Assembly: GCA_964016885.1 (NCBI GenBank)
Contig: OZ024743.1
Span: 192,262,001-192,326,000, forward strand
DNA: 64,000 bases
Direction of reading: 5' to 3'
DNA from: Eledone cirrhosa
Lineage: Eukaryota
A program made the position numbers and the translations under genes. Each line of letters begins with the position of its first letter. The stretch's first letter is position 1. Of this stretch, positions 51,201 through 62,929 are shown one piece after another. The notes under the pieces were generated by a model. It was not told the origin of the DNA, did not search any database, and saw only the letters and a program-made list of their open reading frames with translations.

Positions 51201-51241
51201 ATAATAATAATAATAATAATAATTCAATCATTTCCAGGAAG

Positions 51242-51335
51242 ATGTTAATATCCTCAATGAAAAATATAAAATGTTTTTCTAAACTATTTATATTTGGAAC
51301 ATTAACAGCTGCTTGCTTGATTATTTTGGTTTCCT
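51242..51335 (+). CDS. First coding exon of the carbohydrate sulfotransferase (cytoplasmic tail plus type II TM anchor)
   Basis: Acceptor tttccag at 51231-51237, ATG at 51242, MLISSMKNIKCFSKLFIFGTLTAACLIILVS, donor gtaagt at 51336; phase 1 matches the exon at 54913. Confidence 0.75.
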
Positions 51336-52331
51336 GTAAGTATTTATATCTATTTCTTCTACACCAATACCCGCTCTTGTTTTTTTTTGTTTTTTTTTTT
51401 GTTTATAAAGAAAGAGAGATCAACAACAATATAAATTTGCTACCCATTAACTTATTATGTTCTGTACATATATATAAAAAAAAACATAAAATATTTTAGA
51501 AACACCATGTTTTAAGGTGGAATAACTAAAATTCCTGACAGCATTGTTTCATAGATCCTAGAACAATAAATTTTTCTAATGATATATGACTATATGCATA
51601 TATATTTTTTTTATTTGAATTATTGATACTCTAGACAAACATCCATCGAGCTTTTTTACTGAGAAACATATTCATCATACATATATATTTATGATAATTT
51701 AAATGAGTATATATCTGCTCCAAATTCTTAATTGTCACAGTGGGATGGGGGGGGGGGCAAAAATAAAGTCATGGGTGTGTGACAGCTTTTATGTTTCTAC
51801 TGTTCACAGTGTGTACACCCTATGGAGTTTCCACCAATTCCTTTTCAACATATTGAGCAGGGCCATTTAGTTTTACTTTGAGGCACTCTGATTCTAAATT
51901 TTGTTTGCATGCCTGGAACTTTTAGTTGAGTTCTTCTATAGTTTCTGCTATGAAGGCTAGATCATTATCATATAGATGTTCCCACAGTCATCCAGTCTTG
52001 AATGATACTTTACAACCATTCCTAAGCACTTTACCAATTCACCACTAGTATAGCCGTTTTGATTCTGAAGATGGAGCTGTGAAGGCTTAGAAACATTAAT
52101 ACACACATAGATTTAGGAACGCTACTGTTCCAAACTAGACCTAAAAATCTAATAAGGAAATACAAAAAATGCTCAAACTGTAACACAGTCAGGTTTTCAA
52201 TATCATACACATGCACACATACCTATGCATAGAGATAAATAAACAGATTCATAAATAAATACAAAAGAAGCAACATCCGGTGAAAAATACACAAATCACA
52301 CACATAGTAAGATACATAAACATAATCCAAA

Positions 52332-52446
52332 TACAGAATCAATGAATACATCATTTAAAAGAAATTTAGTTACAGAATAAATGAATACATCATTTAAAAG
52401 AAATTTAGTTACACAATAAATGAATACATTATTTAAAAGAAATTTA
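52332..52446. repeat. 39-bp minisatellite, three units (intronic)
   Basis: Unit tacagaataaatgaatacatcatttaaaagaaatttagt. Confidence 0.9.
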
Positions 52447-52569
52447 TATAACCAAACATTTGTATCACATCTAACCACAATTATATAAAATATATTACAA
52501 AAGCATCAAAATGAAAGACCTGAACAACACGTAATCACAAACTTGCAAGCCACAGAACCTACATCAGTC

Positions 52570-52900
52570 AACGAGGTCCTTGCTACTGTTGACAACTTGC
52601 TAAGAGTGGCTTTAAATGTCACTTGGAGAGATCATCAGACCAATGAGCAACTGTATGAAAACCTTCATCCAGTATCATTAAAGAGCATAGAATCAGATTT
52701 TCAGGGCATTGCAGGAGAGTAAAGACGAAATTGTCAGTGAAGTTCGTTTGTAGGAGCCTACACAAGGAAGAGCTAGCAGAAGAGAACAATCTAAGTCCTA
52801 TATCAAGCAAATTTGTGATGACATAAACTGCAACCATTTTGACTTGCCAAATATGACAACAGAGAGTTAAGGGAATCCGTGCAAGTAATGTGACCTATTG
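52570..52900 (+). mobile_element. Degenerate RTE 3' fragment (family D-like)
   Basis: LRVALNVTWRDHQTNEQLY...RFSGHC-like translation. Confidence 0.6.
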
Positions 52901-53384
52901 ATATTGATTGAAATAATGCTTGCAAGAGTGTTTGGTTATTCTAGTGCCTCAGCTTTACAATCACCTGGAGCAATGCCACGGGAGTGTTATCTTTCTTCAA
53001 AAAATATTAGAAGGGAAACTCGAGTGTGTATGTCTTCTCCCATTTTTTTTCTCGTTTTATGTTTTCTTTCTTTTCTTTTCTCTGTTTCGCTGATAATTTT
53101 CTTACAGTCAATTATTTATCTTTTAATGATTTATAACCATATAAGATAGAATATGAATATACACAGATGCAATAACAACACCCACACATAAACACACACT
53201 AGTGACCTAAGGTAGAATATAAACACATAGACACACACAAACTCAGACCCAAACACATGACCACACACCACACAGAATATATGCACACAAACACATGCAT
53301 AAACAGAGACAACAAAAAATGAATAAATAAATAAATAAATAAATAAAATAAAAATATTATAATAACACAATGGGCGGAGACATG

Positions 53385-53627
53385 GAAACATGATAATCAC
53401 TGAGGATGTCACAGATATGTGTGACAAAAGAACTTTGAGAAACTATATTTATATTTATATTTATATTTTTAATTGTTGGTCAATTAATGATAAACATTGA
53501 TTGCCAGCTAAATTATTTATAGAAATATAAAAATATACTGAAGCGAAAACCAAACCAAACAGTGAGTGTGTTTTACTACATTTTTCTGGCAATATTAGGA
53601 CAAAATGACCTTCTCCAATTATAACAA
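53385..53627. mobile_element. Foldback family F, single arm
   Basis: Homologous to 17760-17930 and 38205-38370. Confidence 0.75.
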
Positions 53628-54174
53628 CTAGCAGAAAAACCACCCTTCGGGTGGGTTTCTGCTAGCTTGTGTAGTGTGTATATTGATATTATATGCAAGT
53701 ATATATACATGTAGATATGATACATCAAATAAAATCGTAATTGACAATATAAACAGAAATTGAACGAAGACGTTGTTACACTGTCTTATGTAATCAGTAA
53801 CGTAATCCATGATACATTAAAAAAAGACGATGTTATATATAAACTGCATTAGGAGAAAATTAGTGACAGAAAATGAGTATGTTTATTTAAGTGATCGCCA
53901 CCGGAAGTGTTGACATCACACACTTTCTCTTTCTATATATATGGTAGTTGAAGTGGTGGTGGTGGTGGTGGTAACGATATACCGGAAGTGCAACTTTGAA
54001 AAGAAGTCAATTTTAAATTATTTATTTTTACGAAATTATTTTTGTTCACGAAATTTAGTAGATAAATTATGTAATATTCATTCATTATTTATTCAAAGTA
54101 ATCCAACTTATTTTACTAACGGGATTAAAAAAAACGTACGCAGTCCCGCAGACCTTCCATTATTATAGTTTAGA
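53628..54174 (-). mobile_element. Complete non-autonomous Helitron (547 bp)
   Basis: Minus strand A|TCtaaactataata ... hairpin ccacccgaagggtgg ... CTAG|T; no TSD. Confidence 0.88.
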
Positions 54175-54349
54175 TAGGGAAATAAAAGTTATCTATAGAA
54201 ATAACCCTAGGCTCTAAGTCATGGCTGGACTTTCCCCTAAGCTATATGAAATTGAGGCCCTTCTCTAGAAAAAATATAATCAACTCTAATTATAATTGAT
54301 TATAATCAATACCTAAAGAAATGGAATTAGATTTGTTTAATTGGTATTG

Positions 54350-54590
54350 ATTTAACTCTTTATATTATTCTATATTTACTTTTACATTACTCTATATTTA
54401 CTTTTGTATTTTCGTGGTAAAGGCTTTATCTCACATAATTATCTCAAATAATATCGAATCTATGAGATTTTGATATTATCTATTTTGAGAACAATATCTT
54501 AACATCAGTATGAGTAGCCGGTTACAGTCGGTTTTAACAGAAAATGGTGACAGAATTATGGCCAGATTTGGCTGGTTTAAATGCTAAATT
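54350..54590 (-). mobile_element. piggyBac-like MITE, inverted copy of 32548-32760
   Basis: aatatcgaatctatgagattttgat...ggctggtttaaatgctaaa. Confidence 0.6.
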
Positions 54591-54912
54591 AGAATTTAGA
54601 AATCGGTTTCTTATTTAGACCTAAAATAGAAAGTATTTAATTATGGTGGAATCTGGTAATTTGTTTCTTAAAAAGTATTAGAGAGGGGTTCTGATGCCCC
54701 TTGTTGTATGTAACCAATCAAAACTCTTTGTGTTGAATTGATGGCTTTTTTTTTCGCTTTGATTGTATATTTCTGTGTTATATTTAGAAGGTTCCATGAA
54801 TTCTATTTTTATGTGAAACAACATGATTATAATATCTTACTAATGAATTCTTGTTATAAATGCAAATGAAATAATTAAAATAATTAAAATAGATATATTT
54901 TGATTTTTCCAG

Positions 54913-56021
54913 GTAAAATTATTTTTCGTTGTGATCTGGAGAACCTGTCATATTTAAACAATTCACCTGGGTCCGAATTTCAACAAAGAAATAAACTCTT
55001 GAAAGAAACGTGCAAGAAATATAATTCCAAGGAAAGAAAAAAAACACCTACATTATTAATCTATATACCGTTGAATTTGGGTTACTGTAAAGTTCCTAAA
55101 ATAGCTTCGTCATATTGGACACGATTTTTCAGTGCTCTGGGAGACACATCAAAGGAAAATAATCCTTTTGATCAAATTCGTTTCAAGGTACATCGCATGC
55201 GCCTAGTAAATATTACAAAATCTACAAAAATTAATAAAGCAATAGAAAATAAGCTAATTGTTACTCGCAACCCTTACAGCCGCCTCTTTTCAGCATATGT
55301 TGATAAAATAGTCTTGTCTGAGCAGTGGAAATATTATGGCCGACTTATCATAAAAAATTATAGAGGTAAAGCAAGTCCATATTCTCTGAAATGTGGTAAT
55401 GATGTCCAATTCCATGAATTTCTCGAATTTGTAGTTGATAACCGCTCTGACAATTATAATCCACATTGGCAACCAATTACTAACAAATGCAATCCTTGTG
55501 ATGTCATGTATAATTTTATTCTGAAGCAAGAATCTCTTGAAAAAGACAGAGATAACTTCATTCGTAAACTCGGTATAAAAAGAGATAATATTTTAAATTA
55601 TAATAAACTCTCCCACAAAAACTTCAGCATTCATGCTCTCCGTGATCTAACTATGACATCAATTGTGCATTACAGAAATAAGTCACCTAAAATGTGTTAT
55701 ATAGAGAAATTATTATTCACAAAGCTATTTTTAGCTTTCCAAATTCAAGGGTATATTCACAGAGATACTGACTTCAATGATGAAGACTTTGAAAATGCAA
55801 CAATTTCAGATCCTGAATCTGTAATATCAGCATTCATCAAAATCTATAACAATAAACCAATAGAAAGTCACAAAGAATGGGAAAATCAACGGAAAATGTA
55901 TTTTGTAAAGGCCTACCAAAATATAGATTTAGGAATTTTAAAAAAAATTCAAAATACGTACTTTTTAGATTTCAAAATGTTTGATTACAATCTAGAACCA
56001 GATAGAACTTATAATCTATAA
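54913..56021 (+). CDS. Carbohydrate sulfotransferase catalytic exon (Sulfotransfer_2 family; CHST8-14/HNK-1ST/C4ST-like)
   Basis: Intact 1.1-kb frame; 5'-PSB YCKVPKIASSYW, 3'-PB VTRNPYSRLFSAYVDK, NPHWQP..CNPC, C-terminal YFLDFKMFDY; acceptor ttttccag ends at 54912; stop TAA. Confidence 0.93.
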
Positions 56022-56429
56022 TGATTTTATTTATTTGAATCGAAATGATTTTCTTCATTTGACTGACAATAATTTTTGTACCTACCTTGTGCGGAGATCA
56101 AGGTTGTTTTCCATAAAAAAAAACGTATTGCTGATATAGCAGTAACATCATATAATAATTGATGAGCATTTTAAAGGTTGTGAAATTGGAAGTAAAAGTT
56201 GTGAGTTTAAACCTAGACAGGCTATGTGTTTATACGTAAATAAATGGCACTTGAACTGTTCAAAGTGTAGTGTTGCACACAGCATATGAAAAATGAGGTG
56301 GAAGTTCAAACACTTTCAGTGGTTAGAGTGGTCATTCTTCTAAAATGTACAAGGAACTAATAACCATAAAGAATAAGATACTAACAGTGCTCCAACAATT
56401 TTGTGAATTATGCTCAGATTGAATACTAA

Positions 56430-57653
56430 CAGAAAAATTCCAAACACGGAAGCAGGGACTAGAAAGAAGGGGTCTCAGAGTCAATCTGACAAAGACTAAG
56501 GTCCTTGTAAGTAGACGGAAAAACAGAACCCAGATCCCCTCAGGGAAATGGCCTTGCTCAGTATGCAGGAAAGGTGTAGGTAGGAACTCCATCCTCTGCC
56601 CCAAATGCAAATTATGGGTGCACAAGAGATGTAGTGGTATCTCAGGAAGTCTAGCTAAGAATGTAGGCTTTACAATGTAGCAGTTGCAACGGGACATTAA
56701 GAAGCAAATAGCCACAGGAAACAAGCACTACCAAATTCTGGGAGAGCTCTGTAGATACAGTAGACAGTTTCTGCTATCTAGGTGACTGAATTAGCAGCGA
56801 AGGGGGTGTTCTGAAAGTACAGTAACCAGGGTAAGAACAAGATGAAAGAAATTCAGGGAGTTACTACCACTGCTAGCTGCAAAAAGCTTTTCCCTCAAGA
56901 TGAAAGGCAGACTGTATGATGCATGCACACGAACAGCAATGCTACATGGTAGTGAGACCTGGGCGTTGTGTGCAGAATACTTGCGCAGATTAGAAAGAAA
57001 CGAAGATTGCATGCTCTGATGTGTAATAGTATTATACTCAAATGGCAAAGCATAACCAAATTAAGAGAGAGACTAAGCATAAGAGGAATCAAATGCTGTG
57101 TGCAAGAGAGGAGATTGCGTTGGTATGGACATGTGATGCATATGAAGGATGACAGTTGCATAAAAAGGTGCAGAGCAGTAGAAGTCGATGGAAGCCTTGG
57201 AGTGGGGAGACTCAAGAAGACCTGGGATGAGGTGACAAAAGCTGATCTTGCCCAATTGCACCTCTCAAAGGCAATGACACAGGACCGAGACCTCTGGTGT
57301 TACGCAGTAATACAAAAGACCCGAGTTCTCACGGGTACAAGCCAAAGCTGAAGCATATACACAGTATGCCCCCACACCCCTCCCACTGTAAATTGGTCAT
57401 GTAGGTGTCACGACAAAAAGCATCCAGTCCACACTGTAAAGTGGTCATGTAGGCACCACAGAAAAAAGCACCCAGTACTCACTGTAACTGTGGTTGGTAT
57501 AGGAAGGGCATCCAGCAGTAGAAACCAAGCCCAAACCAGTCCTGTATGAGCAAGACATGGTCACCTGACCTGGCACTGCCCACAACAGGACAACCTGTCT
57601 AATCCATGCAAGTGTGGCAACATTGACGTAAAACGGTGATGATGAGGATGATG
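56430..57653 (+). mobile_element. 5'-truncated RTE family A copy
   Basis: NLTKTKV, PHD-like finger, RRLRWYGHV, 3' UTR repeats and (GAT)n tail. Confidence 0.93.
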
Positions 57654-57670
57654 ATATATATATATATATA

Positions 57671-60600
57671 TCGTCATCATCATCATCATCATTATTTTAT
57701 GTCCGCTTTTCCCTGCTTGCAAGGGTAGGATGGGTCCTATTCAGCACAGCATCTCTCCATTTGTCCCAATCCCTTGTCATCTCCTCTGCGAGCTTCAGCG
57801 ATCTGAGGTCAGCTCTCACCACCTCCGCCCATGATTTTTGTGGTCTTCCTCTACTGCATCTTCCTTCTACTGGCATTTTTTGGCACTTCTTTACCCAGCA
57901 GTCTTCTCTCCCGCACACTACAGTGTATCCTTCTAATACCCAGTTTCTCTCTCAACTCGTCTATGCTTGGTTGTTCAAGCACATTGACGTTGCACATCCA
58001 ATGGAGCATGCTTGCTTCATTTCTCTCCAGCCATCGCATATCCTCCACAGTTGCTGCCCATGTCTCACTACCATGCAGCATCACGCATCTCACACAGGCT
58101 TCATATAACCGGCCTTTCGTTCGTATGGAGAAACCCTTCTTTGTCAACAGAGGAAGCAGCTCCCTAAACTTCTTCCAACCCGTCCTTATCCTAGATACTA
58201 TGGCCTGAGAGCACCCTCCTCCCTTGCTAATCTGATCACCTAGGTACCAGAAGCTATCAACCACCTCTATAGATCCTACCTGCATTTGAAAAATGTGTCT
58301 ATTATTGCAACTTCTACTGTCAAATGTCCCTGAACATCTACTGCATATGTAGTTTTCCCTACCTGTTAGTTTGCGTGCTATCCCACTACATCTCTTGTGT
58401 ACCCAAGATCTACATTGTGTACATTTTATAGAATTTATGCCAACTCCTTTTCTACATAACGAACATGGCCATTTCCCTGATGGAATCAGAGTGTTGTCCT
58501 CTTTTCTACTTATCAACACTTTAGTCTTAGCTAGGTTCACTATCAGTCCTCTTGCTTCCACTTGTTGTTTCCATAGCCAGAATTTATTCTCTAGCTCCTC
58601 TACTGATTCTGCTATAAGTACCAGATCGTCAGCATAGAGAAATTCCCATGGGCAGCCAGTCTTAAACACCTCTGTTATGACTTGGAGAACTATAATGAAC
58701 AAGAGGACCGAACCCGGATGTACTCCTACTTGTATCTGGATTTCCTCACTAAAATCCATTCCTACTCTCACTTTACTGACAGCACCCCTGTACATAGCTT
58801 GCACTGTCCTCACAAGCCATTCCTCTACATCTAGTTTCCTTAGGGACCACCAGATGACAGATGGGGGTACTCTATCAAAGGTCTTCTCTAGGTCAACAAA
58901 ACCTAAGTATAGTGGCTTATTCTTCTCTAAGAACATCTCATATAATTTGACCCTTTCTCTAATTATTTGAGCTAGTATTCTTTCTGCCACTTTCATAATC
59001 TGATCCATCAGTTTTATGCCCCTATAATTGCTCCTCTCCAGAGCAGCCCCTTTACCTTTGTAGCAATTTATAAGAATACTGCTGCACCAATCTTTAGGTA
59101 TGAGTCCACCATATATAGCTTGATGGACGATGCGTGTTTAACAGGGTGGTTTTAAGAGTAGATGTATCACCACGAAGAATTGAGGTTAGGCTGTAAGTCT
59201 CAGGTTCTGTTGCTGCTGTGATAAAACCTCTAGAAGGAATCCTTCCATATCACATTTAAAGGTATTGCTGTGGTAACAGCATCACAAGACTCTACGATGT
59301 TTTTTATGTTAGTCATATCGACAAAGAGTAACATGATAATAATGTCAACAAGGAAGAATGTTCGTGAGATGAAATGTATGTCTATTTTATTGTAGCACAA
59401 AGTAATGTTTGTTAAATTGTATGGTTGAAGTTAAACATAAAATGGTTACAAAAGGAATGTGGCATTGTGCCAGGCCCAAGCGAAAATCTCACCGTTACAT
59501 TGTTTGTGTTGGTCCTTCGGCGTTTAAGCAGCAAGAGAATAAGTGATCTTTACATTAGCATGGTCAGGATGCAAGAGAGAGATTTCTCAAATCGACGCGG
59601 GAATTTTCCCCTTGGGGCGCGTAGAGATACATTCTCTTCCGCTGGCGGTCATTGGCTGGGCTGAGCCAAATAACGCACGGAGAATGTATGTGAGCCCGCG
59701 GAATGTAGGTCACTACAATACCCCCTTCTAGTCGTAAGACGATACAGATTATTGAATCAGCAGAGAAAAATGCTGAAAGTGCACCTCAATGAAAAAAAAA
59801 TTGAATAAAAGAATGTATGCAAGAAGAAAAATGAGGCGCTAAGGGCCGTGTTGAGCCTCTGTGTCAAATGACTAGCTGTTTTGTAGTTTATACGTGACCA
59901 CCAGGGGTCTAACAGAAAACGGATAAAGTCTGACATGGGCGAAGTTGCTGTTCTTGCATTAAATGTTAATGGTAAGTGTTGTACCAGTAGCTGTGGGTGA
60001 AGCTGTTATGGTAGTTTACCAGTGCTGGCAGGAAGATGATATGTAGGCGAGAAAATGTCGGCCTCCCAGATGTATTGCCGAAAGTGCTAGGCAGCCAGGA
60101 AAAAATGGCTGGTTGCTTTGAAAAGAAAAAAGCAAGTTGAATCTGTAGGTGGGTAGTAGAAATGGTGGAAATGCTGACAGGTCCAGTTCCATTTGTTGTT
60201 TTCCCAGTGAGTCGGGTAAAGTAACAAGATGGAGGTTGTTATGGACGATGAGTGTGCAGCGAGATGCGAAACTGTTTGAGTCCAGCTGCGATTAGTATTC
60301 TCGTGTTGCGGTGCAGGTGAGTTAAGCTGCAAAGTGTCGATAGTTTGGTGTCTCCACAAAGTGAGAAGGGATCTCGCAGAATATTACGACGTTTGAATAT
60401 CATACACTAAGGACAACAACATGTTGGTGTGTGCATATGCAGGCATGTAAACAGCAAAGAAAATGTGTGCGTGCAGTCATATATATATAATGATAGAGAG
60501 AGAAAAAAAATGAATTTTCATATAATACAGTTTTTTTTTAAAAATAAATGTCCAAACATTGCCTGTAAAAAAAAAGAAAGAAAGAATTGTTTCTTAACAC

Positions 60601-61690
60601 AAAGTTCGCTTTTTCTTTTCTTTGGGATCGCTCTTACTAGGAAGCTAGTAGAGTTGTTGTTGTTGTTGTTATCGAAACGAAATCCCAGTAATCCTCTGTA
60701 GAATCGAAGTCAAATTCACCATGCGTTGTCTATGATTAGTGGTTAACCAATGTTGTCGCTGCTGCTGATGGCGCCGAAGTTGTCATTGCAGCCGTATCGA
60801 AGCTGTGGTAGTCACCGTAGTGGTAAATGTGTTACCAGAAGCTTTAGGTGACTGCTATTCATTGTGGTGGTAGTCGAGGCGGTATAACCACAAAGGTGAA
60901 CACTATGCTGCGTCAGTTGCTGCTAATGGCTGGTAGTAGAGAAGTACTTGATGGTAGCCATTTTGAAATTTCTTCGTGGCGAAAATTTTTTTGAAATACT
61001 GCTAATTTTTTTAATTTTAAAAGGAATATTTTGTATTTAAAATATTCCTCACGTTAGGTTACCAATTTAGCAGTTAAGTTATATTATAGTTAGTTGCGCC
61101 ACGAGTAATTAGTTTGGTAGTAAGAACATCGACAACGACTTTGGTTTGTTTTACTTTATTTATTAACAAGTTTGAGCTATGTAGAGTTGAGTAGAGCAGG
61201 CATGCCAAGAGAAATAAAACAAACGAATTAAGAATTTCAGAAGGCACGGTCCACTGGCTGAAGTGTTGCCAGGCCGTGGTTAAGTTGTTGTGTTACATAT
61301 TGGCTAGTGATTTCACGGCGAAAGAAAGTTAGTTGTTTACCTTTTCGAGGTCAGGATGCAAGAGAGAGATTTCTCAAATAAACGCGGGAATTTTTCCATC
61401 GGGGCGCGTAGAGATACATTCTCCTCCGCTGGCGGTCATTCGTGGGGCTGAGTCAAATAACTCACGGAGAATGTATGTGAGCCCGTGGAATATAGGTCAC
61501 TACACGTGCAACCAGTTTAGTTCCTACTTCTCCTGATGCCTACAGCTTCTCAGCAACTATCCCTAATGGTCCAGCGGCCTTACCACTTTTCATTTCCTTA
61601 ATTGCTTCTTTGACTCTATAGTCGTCAATCTCAATAGCCGGTCCATCTGTTGGGTCTACTGAGAGTAGTTTCTCCATCTCCCACACACAA
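57671..61690 (-). mobile_element. RTE LINE (family A relative) split by an LTR element
   Basis: 385-aa ORF with FVDLEKTFD, LYADDL and the PHD-like finger; N-terminal KSGKAAGP part resumes at 61505-61690. Confidence 0.93.
59137..61504 (-). mobile_element. Non-autonomous LTR element with dissimilar LTRs and 4-bp TSD cgtg
   Basis: TSD at 59133-59136 and 61505-61508; LTRs 59137-59717 and ~61066-61504; PPT agaagggggtat; PBS-like tggtaacctaacgtga. Confidence 0.85.
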
Positions 61691-61840
61691 CACGCATTTT
61701 TTCACCAGCTAAAAATAAACATAATTTATGTGAAAAACAACTTCTTTCATCATTACTTTATGCTTGCTAACATGGAAAAGTGAACATAAAATTATGGCCC
61801 CTTAATATGTATGTGTGTGACTGTGTGTGAAGGTGCATGG

Positions 61841-62050
<210 letters not shown>

Positions 62051-62434
62051 TAAACAAATAACAATCAAAGAGTGTTTAAGAACATTTAATTACTAACGAT
62101 CATTTCATCCAAGCACAAGACCAGAATCATCGGAGTATAAATCAAAAGTTAGAACACTGATAACTTTTTCAAAGAACATTCTGGGAATACTGCATATGGG
62201 AAGAAAGCAAAAATAATAGATATTAACATTGATATAAGAAAGGAAAGCAAGAAGCATATGAAAAGCATGGTCATATAAATATAATGCTGATTCTTAATTA
62301 TATTTATATGACCATGCTTTTCATATGCTTCTTGCTTTCCTTTCTTATATCAATGTTAATATCTATTATTTTTGCTTTCTTCCCATATGCAGTATTCCCA
62401 GAATGTTCTTTGAAAAAGTTATCAGTGTTCTAAC
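62051..62434 (-). mobile_element. Penelope-like terminal (pLTR) fragment with perfect 138-bp fold-back
   Basis: Arms 62148-62285 and 62297-62434 are exact reverse complements; hammerhead downstream on the minus strand; (TA)n flanks. Confidence 0.7.
62091..62137 (-). ncRNA. Minimal type I hammerhead ribozyme (Penelope-type)
   Basis: Minus strand tact-CCGATGA-ttctggtcttgtgcttggat-GAAA-tgatcg-TT-agta: stem I tact/agta, near-palindromic stem III. Confidence 0.65.
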
Positions 62435-62480
62435 GTATATACGTATATATATATTATAATATATATATATATATATATAT

Positions 62481-62639
62481 AACGAAGGAAATGTGGTAAG
62501 GAACCAGGTGGACCATAAAGCTCCAAAGTACTCAATACTTGGGGTAGTAGAGTGGGTAATAGGAACCAGTAAGACCCCGACGGCTGAGCTCAAGCCGTTT
62601 CGACGGCTTGAGCTCAGCCGTCGGGGTCTTACTGGTTCC

Positions 62640-62644
<5 letters not shown>
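62481..62644 (-). mobile_element. Second Penelope-like terminal fragment: 3' half of a hammerhead inside a perfect 42-bp hairpin
   Basis: Arms 62557-62598 and 62603-62644 with loop ttcg; minus strand reads cGAAAcggcttgagctcagccGTCgggg; (TA)n flanks. Confidence 0.65.
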
Positions 62645-62678
<34 letters not shown>

Positions 62679-62681
62679 CAT

Positions 62682-62713
<32 letters not shown>

Positions 62714-62929
62714 TAGAAAGTGAGATTTTTTTACAAAATGAAAAAAAAACGAGGTGTTCTACACGAGTGAAAGTATAAGGAAAAAAGATGAAATCGAAAA
62801 TGCAACTGGAGTCTTTTTTTTTAAATATATTTATGTGGTTCCTTTACAGGTTTCGCAGTTCTTGTTCTTTTCAAAAGTAGAATTGTGAGATGGAGGTTTT
62901 GTGGTTTTCTCGCATCTGGTTGATGTTCG

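Noticed and set aside
54900-54912. TTG start of the 373-aa ORF
   Set aside because: Lies in the polypyrimidine/acceptor sequence; the upstream exon supplies the ATG and TM anchor
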